Assembly (NCBI GenBank): GCA_963837315.1
Contig: CAWINE010000013.1
Location: 7,099 to 71,098, forward strand
DNA length: 64,000 bases
Origin: an uncultured Chloroflexia bacterium
Lineage (GTDB): Bacteria > Chloroflexota > Chloroflexia > QHBQ01 > JADMIH01
Direction: 5' to 3'
Position numbers and translations under genes: made by a program
Part shown: positions 38,286-48,665 of the stretch, one piece after another
Position numbering within the stretch: the stretch's first letter is position 1
Layout: every line of letters begins with the position of its first letter
Notes under the pieces: model-generated
What the model was told of the DNA's origin: nothing
Databases searched by the model: none
Seen by the model: only the letters and a program-made list of their open reading frames with translations

Positions 38286-39980
38286 ATGAGTAGTACCGCC
38301 AGCTCGCTTCCTGCCAGCGCGCCCGCCGAGCCAGCCGAAGCTGCGTCCACCGACGTAGTAGAACAATCCGCAATCCGCAACGCCCAGAGGGCACCCGAAT
38401 CCGCAATCACGTCGGTCGACGTTGCAGAACAATCCGCAATTGCAAAGGCCGGCTTGCGGCGCGAGCACCTGTGGGCAATAATCCCTTTCACCATTGCCTG
38501 GTTCGCGGCCAGCATCGATATGATCGAGCCATTCGACTTCTGGTGGAACGTCAAGAGCGGCCAGATCATGGTACTGAGCCATAGCTTCCTCTCAGTCGAT
38601 GTGCTGGCGTGGTCGCCGGTGCGCGAGCCTTACTACAATCCGCAGTGGCTATCGCAGATACTCTTTTACGCGTTCTACCATATCTCGCCCTATTTGCTGC
38701 TAACGGTGAGAGCCGTTATCATCACGCTGTCTGTAGGCATTCTGCTCCGGCTCTGCATATGGCGCTCGGGATCACTGCGGGCAGGCGCGCTGGCCGCGCT
38801 GGTGGCATATTTCGTCGCCTGGACCAATTACGGAATGCGCCCACAGCTCTTTGCGTTCCTACCATTCCTGGCTTTCCTGTTCCTGCTCGAGCGCAAGGAT
38901 AGCTACCCGAAGTCTCTGCCGCTGCTTGTACCGGTCATGCTCTTCTGGGTGAACATACATGGTTCGTTCTTCCTGGGGGTGGCGCTGCTTGGAATCTATG
39001 CGTTTGGCACCTTGCTGGAGAAAATAGGCGACCACGAAGGTCGCGCATGGCTCCGCTCGCGCGCCGCTCTATGGCAGGCTTTCTGGATAGCCGCCGCCGC
39101 TGCAACCACCCTGCTCAATCCTTACCTGACCGGCATTTACAACTATTTCTTCATCGCCACCAACGACCCCATAGCACGAGCGCTCAACGTTGAATGGCAG
39201 CCGCCCACCCTGAACGACGGCACAGGCCAGCTCTTCTATGCGCAGGTGCTGATATTCCTCGCGTCGGTATATTTCGGCAAGCGCCGGATGCGCATCACCG
39301 AGCTGCTGCTTATCCTGGCTTTCGGCTATTTGTCCCTTACCTCCCTCCGCAACGTCATGTGGTGGGGCTGGGTGACGGCCCCCATCATGGCCGCCAACTT
39401 CGCGGCCTGCGGGGAGCGATGGCGGGAGTGGCGACGGGTAAGGGACGAAGGCCGAAGGACGACCGACGCAGGCATGGCGAACTAATCCGCAATCCGCAAT
39501 CCGCAATCCGCAATTCCGAAGCGGCCTGTATTGAACTGGGGCATCGCGATCATCCTGCTTGGCAGCGCGGTGCTGTTCACTCCTTTGTGGCGTCAGAATA
39601 ATCCACTGGTGCCCGCGCCCGCCAGGGTGGCGCTTTCACCCACCACGCCCGAGAAGATTGCAACGTTCCTCAAGGACAGCGACGTGCCCACACCGATCTT
39701 CAACTATATGGAATGGGGCGGCTACCTGGAATGGGCTCTCTACCCGCAGTACCAGATGTTCATAGATGGGCGCTTTGAGGCCCGCCAGATTCCCGTCTGG
39801 AACGATTATCTCTCTATTTCCCGTGCCCGCGCCGACTGGCAGCAGACGCTTGATAAATACAACATTCGCACCCTTGTCCTCTCCAAAGACTTCCACGCCG
39901 AGCTAATCACGTTCGTCTCAGCCTCTCCGACCTGGAGAAAAGTCTACGAGGACAAGCAGGGCGTGGTGTTTGTTCGGTAG
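38286..39980 (+). CDS. Polytopic membrane protein (D.WW..K.G, RPQ, WVNIHG, FIDGR), GT-C-like, split at a repeat cluster near 39485
   Basis: ORFs 38286-39485 and 39531-39980 are the two halves of one recognisable family pattern. Confidence 0.75.
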
Positions 39981-40217
39981 TTGTCGGTTGTCAGTTGTCA
40001 GTGTGTCAGTAGACCGACGACGACGACCGACGACGGACGAAGTAAAGCGTAATACTGACAACTGACAACTAACAACTGACAACTTGGTCACAAACTAGGA
40101 CTAAACACCCATCCCAAAGGGTACAAATGGCGCATTGTTCCGCCTACGTAGCGGGTGTTAAGATTAGGGTGCTAATCTGGCAACCTATACGCATTATTCA
40201 GGAGAGGTGGCTCAAGA

Positions 40218-41408
40218 ATGTCCGTAAGCCAACAAGCCCCGGATGGGGCGATGCGCGACAGTTCATCGCGAAGCACCGGAACCGACGAGTTCCGAGGCAA
40301 AGTAAACCAGCTATTGGGCGAGTTACGCGTCGAGTCGGAGGCGCTTGCCCGCGAGAGTAGCGAAATCGAGATGCTCCTGCGCCAGACAAACGGCGAGGTG
40401 GAAAAACTCGCAAACCGCGAGCTTGGCATGACCAATCGAGTGCGTGACATGGAGCTAAACCTCGACAACTACAGCCGCTCGGACATGAAGACCATCTACA
40501 ACTCGGCCCACGAGATACAAATGCGCCTTTTCATGATGCGCGCCCAGGTCGAGCAACTTGAGGCCAAGCGCAACAGCATGAAAACATTGCAGCAGCGCAT
40601 CCAGAAAGTGACAGGCGTGCTTGCTCGCAGTGCCCGACGATTACAACCCCGCCGGCTCGACATTCAGCAGAAACCACATCTCGGCACCGCTAGGGCGCAC
40701 CTATAGCGAAACCAGCGGCATTCTCAACAACAACGACGTGAGTGTGAACAGCAAGCAGGTAATCAGCCAGGTGATACAGGCCCAAGAGAACGAGCGCCTT
40801 TGGGTGTCGAGGCAGATACACGACGGCCCGGCTCAAACCATGACCAACCTTGTGCTGCGCGCCGAAATCTGCGAGCGATTGCTCGACCTGGATATAGCCC
40901 GCGCCAAGAGCGAGCTTTCGGGTCTGAAGAGCATAGTCAACACCACACTGCAGGATACCCGCCGCTTCATCTTCGATCTGCGTCCTATGATCCTCGACGA
41001 CCTTGGCCTTGAGCCGACCTTGCGCCGCTATATCCAACAGTTCACCGACAAGTTCAAGGTTGAAGTGGGCGTCACTATAAACGGCATGAACGGGCGACTA
41101 CCGAGCCAGCTCGAGGTGGCTATCTTCCGAATTGTGCAGGAAGCGCTCATGAACGTCGCCAAGCATGCCCATGCCAACCACGCTGCAGGTCTCCATTGAA
41201 GTGAACGGCGATGCGGTAGGCGTGACAGTAGAGGACGATGGCACAGGCTTCAACGTCGACGAATTCGACCTTGAACGATCCAAAGTTCAGAGGGACTCAC
41301 GACCATGAGCCAGCGTGTAGAGATGTTTGGCGGCCAATTTACATCGATACCGCGCCGGGACGAGGCACAAGGGTCATAGTGAACTTACCGTCGGAGCTCG
41401 ATGCCTAG
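40218..41408 (+). CDS. degS: DegS-like soluble sensor histidine kinase (HisKA_3), frameshifted
   Basis: N-terminal coiled coil; SRQIHDGPAQ; FDLRPMILDDLGL; FRIVQEAL.N..KHA; DDG.GF. Confidence 0.82.
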
Positions 41409-41657
41409 GCTAGCGTAGATTGCCTATTGCGAACACGGGTTTCTTGTGCTAATATGGCGGCACAAGAGCACGCGGAAGTCCGTGCACCATGCAATAGTAC
41501 TTTGGTACTAAACAGGTCCGGGGTACCTAAGTACCCTGACAAATAACAACTAACGCTATTGATTAATAGCATGCATAAAGCCCTATATTAAATCTGGGGC
41601 AACATGCTTCGGCGCGTAAAGCATAATTTTGGGCTAGCAACGAAAGGGGGGATCAAA

Positions 41658-41855
41658 GTGGGCGCAATAACGCCTAAAACAAGGCCAAAATGGAACTCAA
41701 AGCTGCAGAAACAGGGGCAGGGTCTGGTCGAATATGCCCTGATCCTGGTTATGATGGCTATCGTGATCATCGTCATCCTGACTTATATCGGCCAGATGGT
41801 GTTCGTCAATATGTACTCGAAGATCACCAGCGGAATGGGCAAAGCCGGGGGTTAG
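41658..41855 (+). CDS. flp: Flp type IVb pilin
   Basis: GQGLVEYALIL cleavage/Flp motif plus hydrophobic helix; purine-rich RBS before GTG. Confidence 0.88.
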   Translation: MGAITPKTRPKWNSKLQKQGQGLVEYALILVMMAIVIIVILTYIGQMVFVNMYSKITSGMGKAGG

Positions 41856-41967
41856 TAACGAGGGCCCGACCGCCATCACGCTATCAAGCTTCCGAACAGC
41901 ACGCAACATTTAAGGACAGGGCAATTAATCATTCATTCGCACTCATCTAATTCTTCCAAGCTAATAT

Positions 41968-42005
41968 AATCAAGAGAGCCGCCGCTAATGGCGGCTCTCT
42001 TGATT
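41968..42005. terminator. Terminator-like hairpin between the pilins
   Basis: aatcaagagagccgcc-gctaat-ggcggctctcttgatt. Confidence 0.75.
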
Positions 42006-42205
42006 GTTCGGGCAAGGAGTATCCAAAAGTCCCGCCAAGGGCATAGGACTATGTTGCTAAATCAAGTAGCATCCTTTTAGGACTAGTGGGCTATTTTGCA
42101 CTCTTCGCACAAAAGGTAAGATAGCTATGGAAGTTGATGCACTTATAGCATCGCAGAAATCAATTCGAGCCATAATTCGGTAAGTTTCCATAGGAGGCAA
42201 AATAA

Positions 42206-42367
42206 ATGCGCGCTAAGATCGAGCAGTTGAAGAAGAAAGGCCAGGGCCTGGTAGAGTACGCTCTAATTCTGGTCCTCATCGCCATAGTCGTGATCCTGAT
42301 CCTGACCTTCCTGGGCCAGCAGGTGAACAGCACATTCTCCAAGATCGGCTCCGGCCTCGGAGGTTGA
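42206..42367 (+). CDS. flp: Flp type IVb pilin (53 aa, below the ORF-track cutoff)
   Basis: MRAKIEQLKKKGQGLVEYALILVLIAIVVILILTFLGQQVNSTFSKIGSGLGG; AGGAGG RBS. Confidence 0.93.
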   Translation: MRAKIEQLKKKGQGLVEYALILVLIAIVVILILTFLGQQVNSTFSKIGSGLGG

Positions 42368-42420
42368 TCCTTTTCAAAGAGATGTGCACTGAGCCGCTTA
42401 CTCGCGGCTCTTTTTATTTA

Positions 42421-42460
42421 CATCGAAAAGGAGCGGGCGAGCGGCCCGCTCCTTTTCGAT
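42421..42460. terminator. Bidirectional terminator
   Basis: atcgaaaaggagcgggc-gagcg-gcccgctccttttcgat. Confidence 0.8.
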
Positions 42461-42466
42461 ATGTAA

Positions 42467-43635
42467 TCAGCAAATGTCATGGGGTTGGCGACCCAGATGC
42501 AGATCGTCCCGAATTTGCAGCCACCTTATCAGGTGCGCCCTGGTGAGGATGCCCACCAGGTGGCCGGACGCGATCGACCACCGGTAGCTGGTCGAAGTCT
42601 CCCTCTTGTAGAAGCTGGAAGGCACGGTCAAGGCTGTCGTTGGGAGAGACCACACGCAATTTGTCCGGGCCGGTCATCTTCTGCTCCACCGTCACGATAC
42701 CCCATTCGTCCTGGGGCACATCTTTTATGTCACCAAGGGTGACGATACCGACCAGCTTGCCCATCTGGTCGGCCACCGGCACGGCGCGCAAGTTATATGG
42801 GAGGATATAGCCGCTCAGCAGGTGGGCCAGCGTGCTCTGCGGTTGGATTGAAGGCGGAGCAGGCTCCATCGCCTGCTGTACGATCACGCCGCGAAATGTC
42901 TGGCGCACTCCCGCGCCCGATACGCTCTGTTGGGCCGCATTCAGCAGGAACCAGCCGATGAACGCAATCCAGAGGCCGCTGAGATCGCCCGCCCCGAAGG
43001 TCTGGAAGAGGCCCCACAGGATGAACCCGTAAGCCACAATCTGGCCGATAACGCCGGCAATTCGCGTGGACCGCTGGAAATTGCGCGTGATCCCCCAGAT
43101 GATAGAGCGCAGCACGCGCCCGCCGTCCAGGGGGAAGCCGGGTATCATATTGAACAAGCCGAGCAAGACGTTGATGAGAGTCAGGTATTGAAGTATGGCT
43201 GCCACGCTGGCGCCCGCCGTCCGCACAGGTGGAGTCACCAAGCTGCAAAAGGCCGAAGCAGATCCCGGCGATGAGGAAGCTCATGAGCGGGCCTACCACT
43301 GCGATAAGGAACTCGTCGCCGGCTTTCCTGGGCTCTTCCTCGATGTTTGAAACCCCGCCCAAGATGAAGAGGACGATTTCGCTCACCTTGTAGCCGCGTA
43401 AGCGGGCTACCAGAGAATGGCTCAGCTCATGGAGCAGCACCGATACGAAGAAGATGATCGCGGTAATCAGGCCCAGCGCCCAGTATAATAGATCGCTTTC
43501 ACCCGGCACCAATGTAGGAAAATCAAGGGTTGCAAGCTGTATGGTGAGTAGCAGCGCGATCCCCGCCAGGCTCCAATGGAGCTTGATAGCGATGCCGCCG
43601 ATAGTGGCGATCGTCAGTGAGCCCTTTGTCCCCAT
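42467..43635 (-). CDS. Site-2 protease (M50) with two CBS domains, frameshifted
   Basis: HELSH, AVVGP, FNMIPGFPLDGGR, CBS repeats. Confidence 0.92.
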
Positions 43636-43658
43636 AACGGCCCTTCGGGAATTACGAA

Positions 43659-43930
43659 TTACGAATAACAGCGCTCCAATGGAATTCGTAATTCGTAATT
43701 CGTATTACCTCTCTCTATCTGGTCGGGTATCTCGGCTGCGTAACCTGGGTAAGCCGAGCGGTCGGGCATACGATACTCAGGATCGCCCAGCATGTACCGC
43801 TTGAACTTGACATATTCGTCAGGCGGCAGCTTGCGCTCCATGTAGACCATCATCGCGTACACAACTTTCTCGGCGGTAGCCCAGTCGAGAGCCGCCAATC
43901 GTAAACGGCGCGTGTAAGCTCACTTAGCAT
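43659..43930 (-). CDS. Small hypothetical protein (ends uncertain)
   Basis: GGAGGA RBS near 43940; helical ALDWATAEKVVYAMMVYMERKLP segment. Confidence 0.45.
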
Positions 43931-44108
43931 CGATCATTCCTCCCATGAGTGCGAAAGGGTTATTGTGCATAAGATACCACATGCGATCATGGGACGCAAC
44001 AGCCCGCCGCGTGGAGCTAACAAAAATAGCCATCGGAACCGTGGGGGTGGTCCGATGGCTATTTTCAAACAATGAACAGGCTACCTGGGCCTGTTGCTCC
44101 TCTGTGGC

Positions 44109-44300
44109 CTAGTCGGCGCAAAGCTCCGCGCCGTATGCCTCTTCAGGATCCAGCCTGTCGGCCAACACGCGCAACGACTTTGCCAGACGCTCTTGCAGCC
44201 CGGGCCGCTGGGCTCGTAAGGGTGCACCACCGAACTTGTATCTCTCGTTTGCTTCTTTGCGCAATTCCTCTTCGCGATCGTGTGCTATCGTTTGGATCAT
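44109..44300 (-). CDS. Small hypothetical protein
   Basis: AGGAGG RBS upstream; MIQTIAHDREEELRKEA...LRVLADRLDP. Confidence 0.55.
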   Translation of the reverse strand: MIQTIAHDREEELRKEANERYKFGGAPLRAQRPGLQERLAKSLRVLADRLDPEEAYGAELCAD

Positions 44301-44626
44301 GGTAAATGTGGGAATCAATTCGCGTCGCCTCCTATTTCTTGTGGGTTCTTCGCAGCAGGACGGTTGCCTTGATAAGAATAGACCCAATACCTCAAACATA
44401 GTGTATCAGAGTCCCACGCTCAGGAAATCTGGCGGAAGACAGATTTATGATGGTACTGGGGGAGTAACAATAACGGCAGTGACAGCGACTTGGGGGGTAT
44501 CAATAATGGCAATAACAGCGACTTGAGGAGTATCAGGGGGACAGTCGGAAGAGGTAGAGAGGCACCGGCCTGAATACCTAGTGCAAGATAGGGTTATGCA
44601 AGCGCGGCAACCAGGGAAAACAGCGA

Positions 44627-45301
44627 CTATTGCCCGTTATCCACCGGCGTTTCTTCGGCACTCCGGCGCGACGGTGGGCCGAACTTGGTCCAGAGACGGC
44701 GGGCAACGAAGGCGACTACCAGCAGGATGATAATGCCATACACTATAGGCCCGAAAGGGGCAATCCAGCCCTGCACCTGATCCCAGTTCTTGCCGAGGAA
44801 GTAGCCGGCACCCACAAGAAAGCCGTTCCAGACACAGCTCCCTATCGCGGTCAGTATGACAAAGCGCGGATAGGGCATCAACACCAGCCCGGCGGGTATC
44901 GACACGAACGTGCGCATACCGGGCAGTACGCGTGCCACCAGCACAGCCCAGGTGCCGTGTTTACCGAACCAATCACGCGTGGTATAAAGGTCACTGCTGC
45001 TGAGCAACAGCCACTTGCCGTAGCGGTCGAGCCAGCCCGCGATTCGTTCCTCACCGCCCCAGCGGCCAACGCTGTAAAGGAGTGTCGCGCCCATGCACGA
45101 GCCGATAACGGCCGAGAGGAGCACCAGGAAGGGGTTGAATGTGCCGTTCGCGGCGAGGCTCCCGCCCAGAGGTAATATGATCTCTGAGGGAACAGGAGGA
45201 AAGACAGCCTCAAGGGCTATCAGGAAGGCAATGCCAGGATAGCCGATAGTACGTATTACATCGGTGGCCCAGGTGACAAGCTGCGGTATCAGATCGCCCA
45301 T
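44627..45301 (-). CDS. DedA family membrane protein
   Basis: LE.VFPP.PSE, WF..HG, R.LPG.RT..SIPAG. Confidence 0.93.
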   Translation of the reverse strand: MGDLIPQLVTWATDVIRTIGYPGIAFLIALEAVFPPVPSEIILPLGGSLAANGTFNPFLVLLSAVIGSCMGATLLYSVGRWGGEERIAGWLDRYGKWLLLSSSDLYTTRDWFGKHGTWAVLVARVLPGMRTFVSIPAGLVLMPYPRFVILTAIGSCVWNGFLVGAGYFLGKNWDQVQGWIAPFGPIVYGIIILLVVAFVARRLWTKFGPPSRRSAEETPVDNGQ

Positions 45302-45322
45302 TCGCCTGATTATAACACGGAA

Positions 45323-47968
45323 CTAATCGTCCTCGATCTCGCTGAAGCTCTGCGGGTAGGCGCGCGTATCGGGCGCGCCAAGCAATACTTCGCGGGGGCG
45401 ACTGCGGTTGTCGCTGTCGGCGGGCGCAATCAGGCCCATCTCTTCCATCTGCTCGACCAGGCGGGCCGCCCGGTTGTAGCCGACGCGCAGCTTGCGCTGA
45501 AGCATTGAGGTCGAGACGTAGGTGGTCTTCTTCACGAGCTCGATAGCCTGCTCGAGCAATTCGCTATCCTCGTTTGGGCTAGAGCTATTGAGCCAGTCGG
45601 GCATCTGCATCGGCTGAAGGGGTGCGACCACACCGTTGCTCTCCAGCTCTTCTTCGCTCGGCAGTTGCTTGCGCCAGAAGTTCACTACCCTATCGGCTTC
45701 CTTATCCGATACGTAGGTGCCCTGGATGCGCACAGGCTTGCTCTCATCAGACGCGTTATAGAGCATGTCGCCGCGCCCAAGGAGCTTTTCCGCTCCGCCG
45801 CTGTCCAGGATGACTTTGCTGTCCACCTGCGAAGTGACCGCGAAAGCGGCCCGCGCCGGGAAGTTGGCCTTGATGAGGCCGGTCACAACGTCCACGGAAG
45901 GGCGCTGGGTGGCGACTACAAGGTGGATACCGGTGGCGCGGGCAAGCTGGGCCAGCCGGCACAGCGACGTCTCCACCTCTTCAGGTGCGGTGAGCATCAG
46001 GTCGGCCAGCTCGTCAATGATTATGACGATGTAGGGGATATGCTCCATCTTCACATCGGGGTTGTCGCGCACGAAGTCGCGGTACATCTCGATATTGCGG
46101 AACTGCTTGAGCATCCCGCCCGAGTTGCGCTGGCCCTTCTCGAATAGCTTGTAGCGCCGCTCCATCTCCCAAAGCGCCCACTTGAGCGCCTCCACAGCGG
46201 TCAACGGCCGCTCTCTGTCACTCTGGGTCTTCGATTTCTGATTCTGCTTTTCCTTGTCCATGCGGATGTCCGTGACCACAGGGCGGAGGAGATGCGGGAT
46301 GCCGTTGAAGCTGGTCAGCTCGACACGCTTGGGGTCGATCATCAGCATGCGCAGGTCGTCGGGGGTGAACTGAAGGAGGAAGCCGATCACCATCGAGTTG
46401 AGGAAGACCGATTTACCGCTGCCTGTAGAGCCCGCCACCAGCATGTGGGGCAGCTTGGCGAGGTCGGTTACGACAGGCTGGCCGTGGGTATCGCGGCCCA
46501 GGGCTATCTTGAGACGCCCTTTCGCTCCATGGAAATGGTCGGATTCGAGAATGCTGCGCAGGCCGACAACCTGTAGTGACGGGTTCGGCACCTCGATGCC
46601 GACGCGTGATTGGCCGGGTATTGGCGCTTCGATGCGGATTCCGGGCGCGGCGAGGGCCAACGCCAGGTCTTTGTCCAGGCCGGTGATCTTGTTGACGCGC
46701 ACACCCACACCCGGCTCGACCGCGAATTGCGTGACGGCTGGGCCTGTGTTCACCTCTCGCACCACCGCCTCAACATTGAACGACTGGAAAGCGTCCTCGA
46801 TTATCTTGATCTTGACTTTGAGGTCGGCCTGGCTGATCTTCACCTCGCTCACATTTTCGAGCAGGGTGGTCGAGGGAATATTCCAGACGTAACCGAGAGG
46901 TGATTGTATAGGCTCATGAGGGGAGGTCGATTCCGAGGACTTATTACTAGACGAGCCTGGCAGATTGATCACAGGCTCAGGCCGCAACTTCTTGGGGGCA
47001 GCCTGGGCCGCTGAAAGGGACTCCTGGCCGAGCAGGTTCACGACCTCGGTGGGCATGGAATGAGAATCGGGGAGGCGGACCGTAGGGGCAACCGGCGGAG
47101 CCTCGTCTACGACCGGAATTGGAGGCGCGTCGTCCACAACAACTTGCTGGCCGTTTATCCGGACGGGGCCTCGAGAGACAGTTTGCGACGCCTCCTGGGC
47201 CTTGAGCAAGCGTGACACGCCGGAACCTGCGAAGCGCCCGAGCGCTATTGTGGGCTGGCCAACGCCGCGCACCAGTTGAGCAAGCGATAGACCGAAAGCC
47301 AGCATGAAGCCGGAAAGCATCACAGCAAAGAGCACCACGCCCGCGCCCGCTTTCGTAAGGTACTGGGTGAGAATAGTTGAAAGGGCCAGGCCAATGTAGC
47401 CGCCGCCCTGCCCTGCGTCGGCGGCAGGCTGGCCGCTGGTGAAGATATGGGCGAATCCCATCAACCCGAGCAGCGACAGCGAGAGGCCGATAGGCACAAG
47501 GGGCGATAAACCCTCTGCGGAGGTACGCGCTCTGAAGAGGAGCAGTGCCCCGCCCGCCAGGGCCAACGGGATCAGCCAGGCCGCCACCCCGAACAACTGC
47601 GCCAGTACGCCACCCATCACGCCCACGGTGCTGTCCTGCGAGCCGCCCAGCCATGCCATGAGACCCAGCACAAAGAGCGCAGCCACCACCAGCAGCCCAA
47701 GCGCGGTCATCTCACGCCGCACGTGAGCGGGGATCTCGATCGGCGGGCTTGACGCCCTGGCTTTGCGAATAGGAGTAGGCTTGCGAGCTACCGAGCTGCG
47801 CGATGCCCCCGATGCCCCCCTTCTGGGCGCAGCTTTGGAGGCAGGTTTGGCAGCCGTGCGGGTGGCGGCAGGCTTAGAAGCTGCCTGCTTCGATTTGCCG
47901 CCTTCTATCTTCGACCAGGTTGGCCCGGAAGGCTTAGACGTCTTTTTCGCCGCTGCTGATTGGGGCAT
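45323..47968 (-). CDS. ftsK: DNA translocase FtsK/SpoIIIE
   Basis: 4 TM segments; PHMLVAGSTGSGKS; IDELADLM; ATQRPSVDV; gamma domain LQRKLRVGYNRAAR. Confidence 0.97.
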   Translation of the reverse strand: MPQSAAAKKTSKPSGPTWSKIEGGKSKQAASKPAATRTAAKPASKAAPRRGASGASRSSVARKPTPIRKARASSPPIEIPAHVRREMTALGLLVVAALFVLGLMAWLGGSQDSTVGVMGGVLAQLFGVAAWLIPLALAGGALLLFRARTSAEGLSPLVPIGLSLSLLGLMGFAHIFTSGQPAADAGQGGGYIGLALSTILTQYLTKAGAGVVLFAVMLSGFMLAFGLSLAQLVRGVGQPTIALGRFAGSGVSRLLKAQEASQTVSRGPVRINGQQVVVDDAPPIPVVDEAPPVAPTVRLPDSHSMPTEVVNLLGQESLSAAQAAPKKLRPEPVINLPGSSSNKSSESTSPHEPIQSPLGYVWNIPSTTLLENVSEVKISQADLKVKIKIIEDAFQSFNVEAVVREVNTGPAVTQFAVEPGVGVRVNKITGLDKDLALALAAPGIRIEAPIPGQSRVGIEVPNPSLQVVGLRSILESDHFHGAKGRLKIALGRDTHGQPVVTDLAKLPHMLVAGSTGSGKSVFLNSMVIGFLLQFTPDDLRMLMIDPKRVELTSFNGIPHLLRPVVTDIRMDKEKQNQKSKTQSDRERPLTAVEALKWALWEMERRYKLFEKGQRNSGGMLKQFRNIEMYRDFVRDNPDVKMEHIPYIVIIIDELADLMLTAPEEVETSLCRLAQLARATGIHLVVATQRPSVDVVTGLIKANFPARAAFAVTSQVDSKVILDSGGAEKLLGRGDMLYNASDESKPVRIQGTYVSDKEADRVVNFWRKQLPSEEELESNGVVAPLQPMQMPDWLNSSSPNEDSELLEQAIELVKKTTYVSTSMLQRKLRVGYNRAARLVEQMEEMGLIAPADSDNRSRPREVLLGAPDTRAYPQSFSEIEDD

Positions 47969-48101
47969 GTATTAGCACCTCTGGTGCGAGCTAACGAACC
48001 GGCGGTAACCACGTCTCACCGGGCACCGACCGCCGGTATTAGCACGTATGTTTGGGTGCTAACATTATAGCATGGGGATGTGGGGTTGGGGAAAACTCGC
48101 G

Positions 48102-48572
48102 CTATACACCCACCACCTGCTTCACCATCCTGAGCAGGAAATGCGCGAAGGTCTTGTGGACTTCCTCGAAGGCCTGTTCCTCAAAGGACATTTCGGGAAT
48201 CCACTGGACTATGGGGCACTCGCCCGGGTAGTCGGCGCTGGCGCGAGAAGTGGCCAGGCAGAGAATGTCGCCCTCACCCGTGTCCTGGATCACAACCAGG
48301 TCGACAGGAAACCAATCGTCTTGCTCCTGCAGAGAGTGGGTAGCCCACACCACGTGAGGCAGTCCGTCGTCCGGCACGCCCAACCCGTACACGATCTGCC
48401 CACCGAATGAACCCGAGCCATACTTCTGGAGGAAGTCGCGGTAAGATTCGGGGAAGGTCACGCCAAGCCCTTGCTCCGCGACCCACACCTCCTCGAATGG
48501 CACGCCACCCACGAAATCGGCAAGGTCGGAATGCTCAGCGATGATTTCAGCGGCTTTAGCGATTGTAGCCAT
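48102..48572 (-). CDS. SMI1/KNR4 (SUKH) family protein
   Basis: AE..LG..FP.SY..FL..YG.G; CP.V.W; F..FL; AGGAGG RBS. Confidence 0.88.
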   Translation of the reverse strand: MATIAKAAEIIAEHSDLADFVGGVPFEEVWVAEQGLGVTFPESYRDFLQKYGSGSFGGQIVYGLGVPDDGLPHVVWATHSLQEQDDWFPVDLVVIQDTGEGDILCLATSRASADYPGECPIVQWIPEMSFEEQAFEEVHKTFAHFLLRMVKQVVGV

Positions 48573-48583
48573 GTGTCCTCCTG

Positions 48584-48665
48584 TGAATGCGGAATGCGGA
48601 GTTCGGAATGCGGAATAAGGTCGGTCGTCTTTATTCCGCATTCCGAACTCCGCATTCCGCATTCC
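48584..48665. repeat. Inverted (GAATGCG)n / (CATTCCG)n heptamer pair
   Basis: Visible between rnj and the SMI1 gene. Confidence 0.93.

Noticed and set aside
41430-41443. LexA box-like GAAC-ACGG-GTTT upstream of the pilins
   Set aside because: A single mismatched copy with no SOS-type gene downstream
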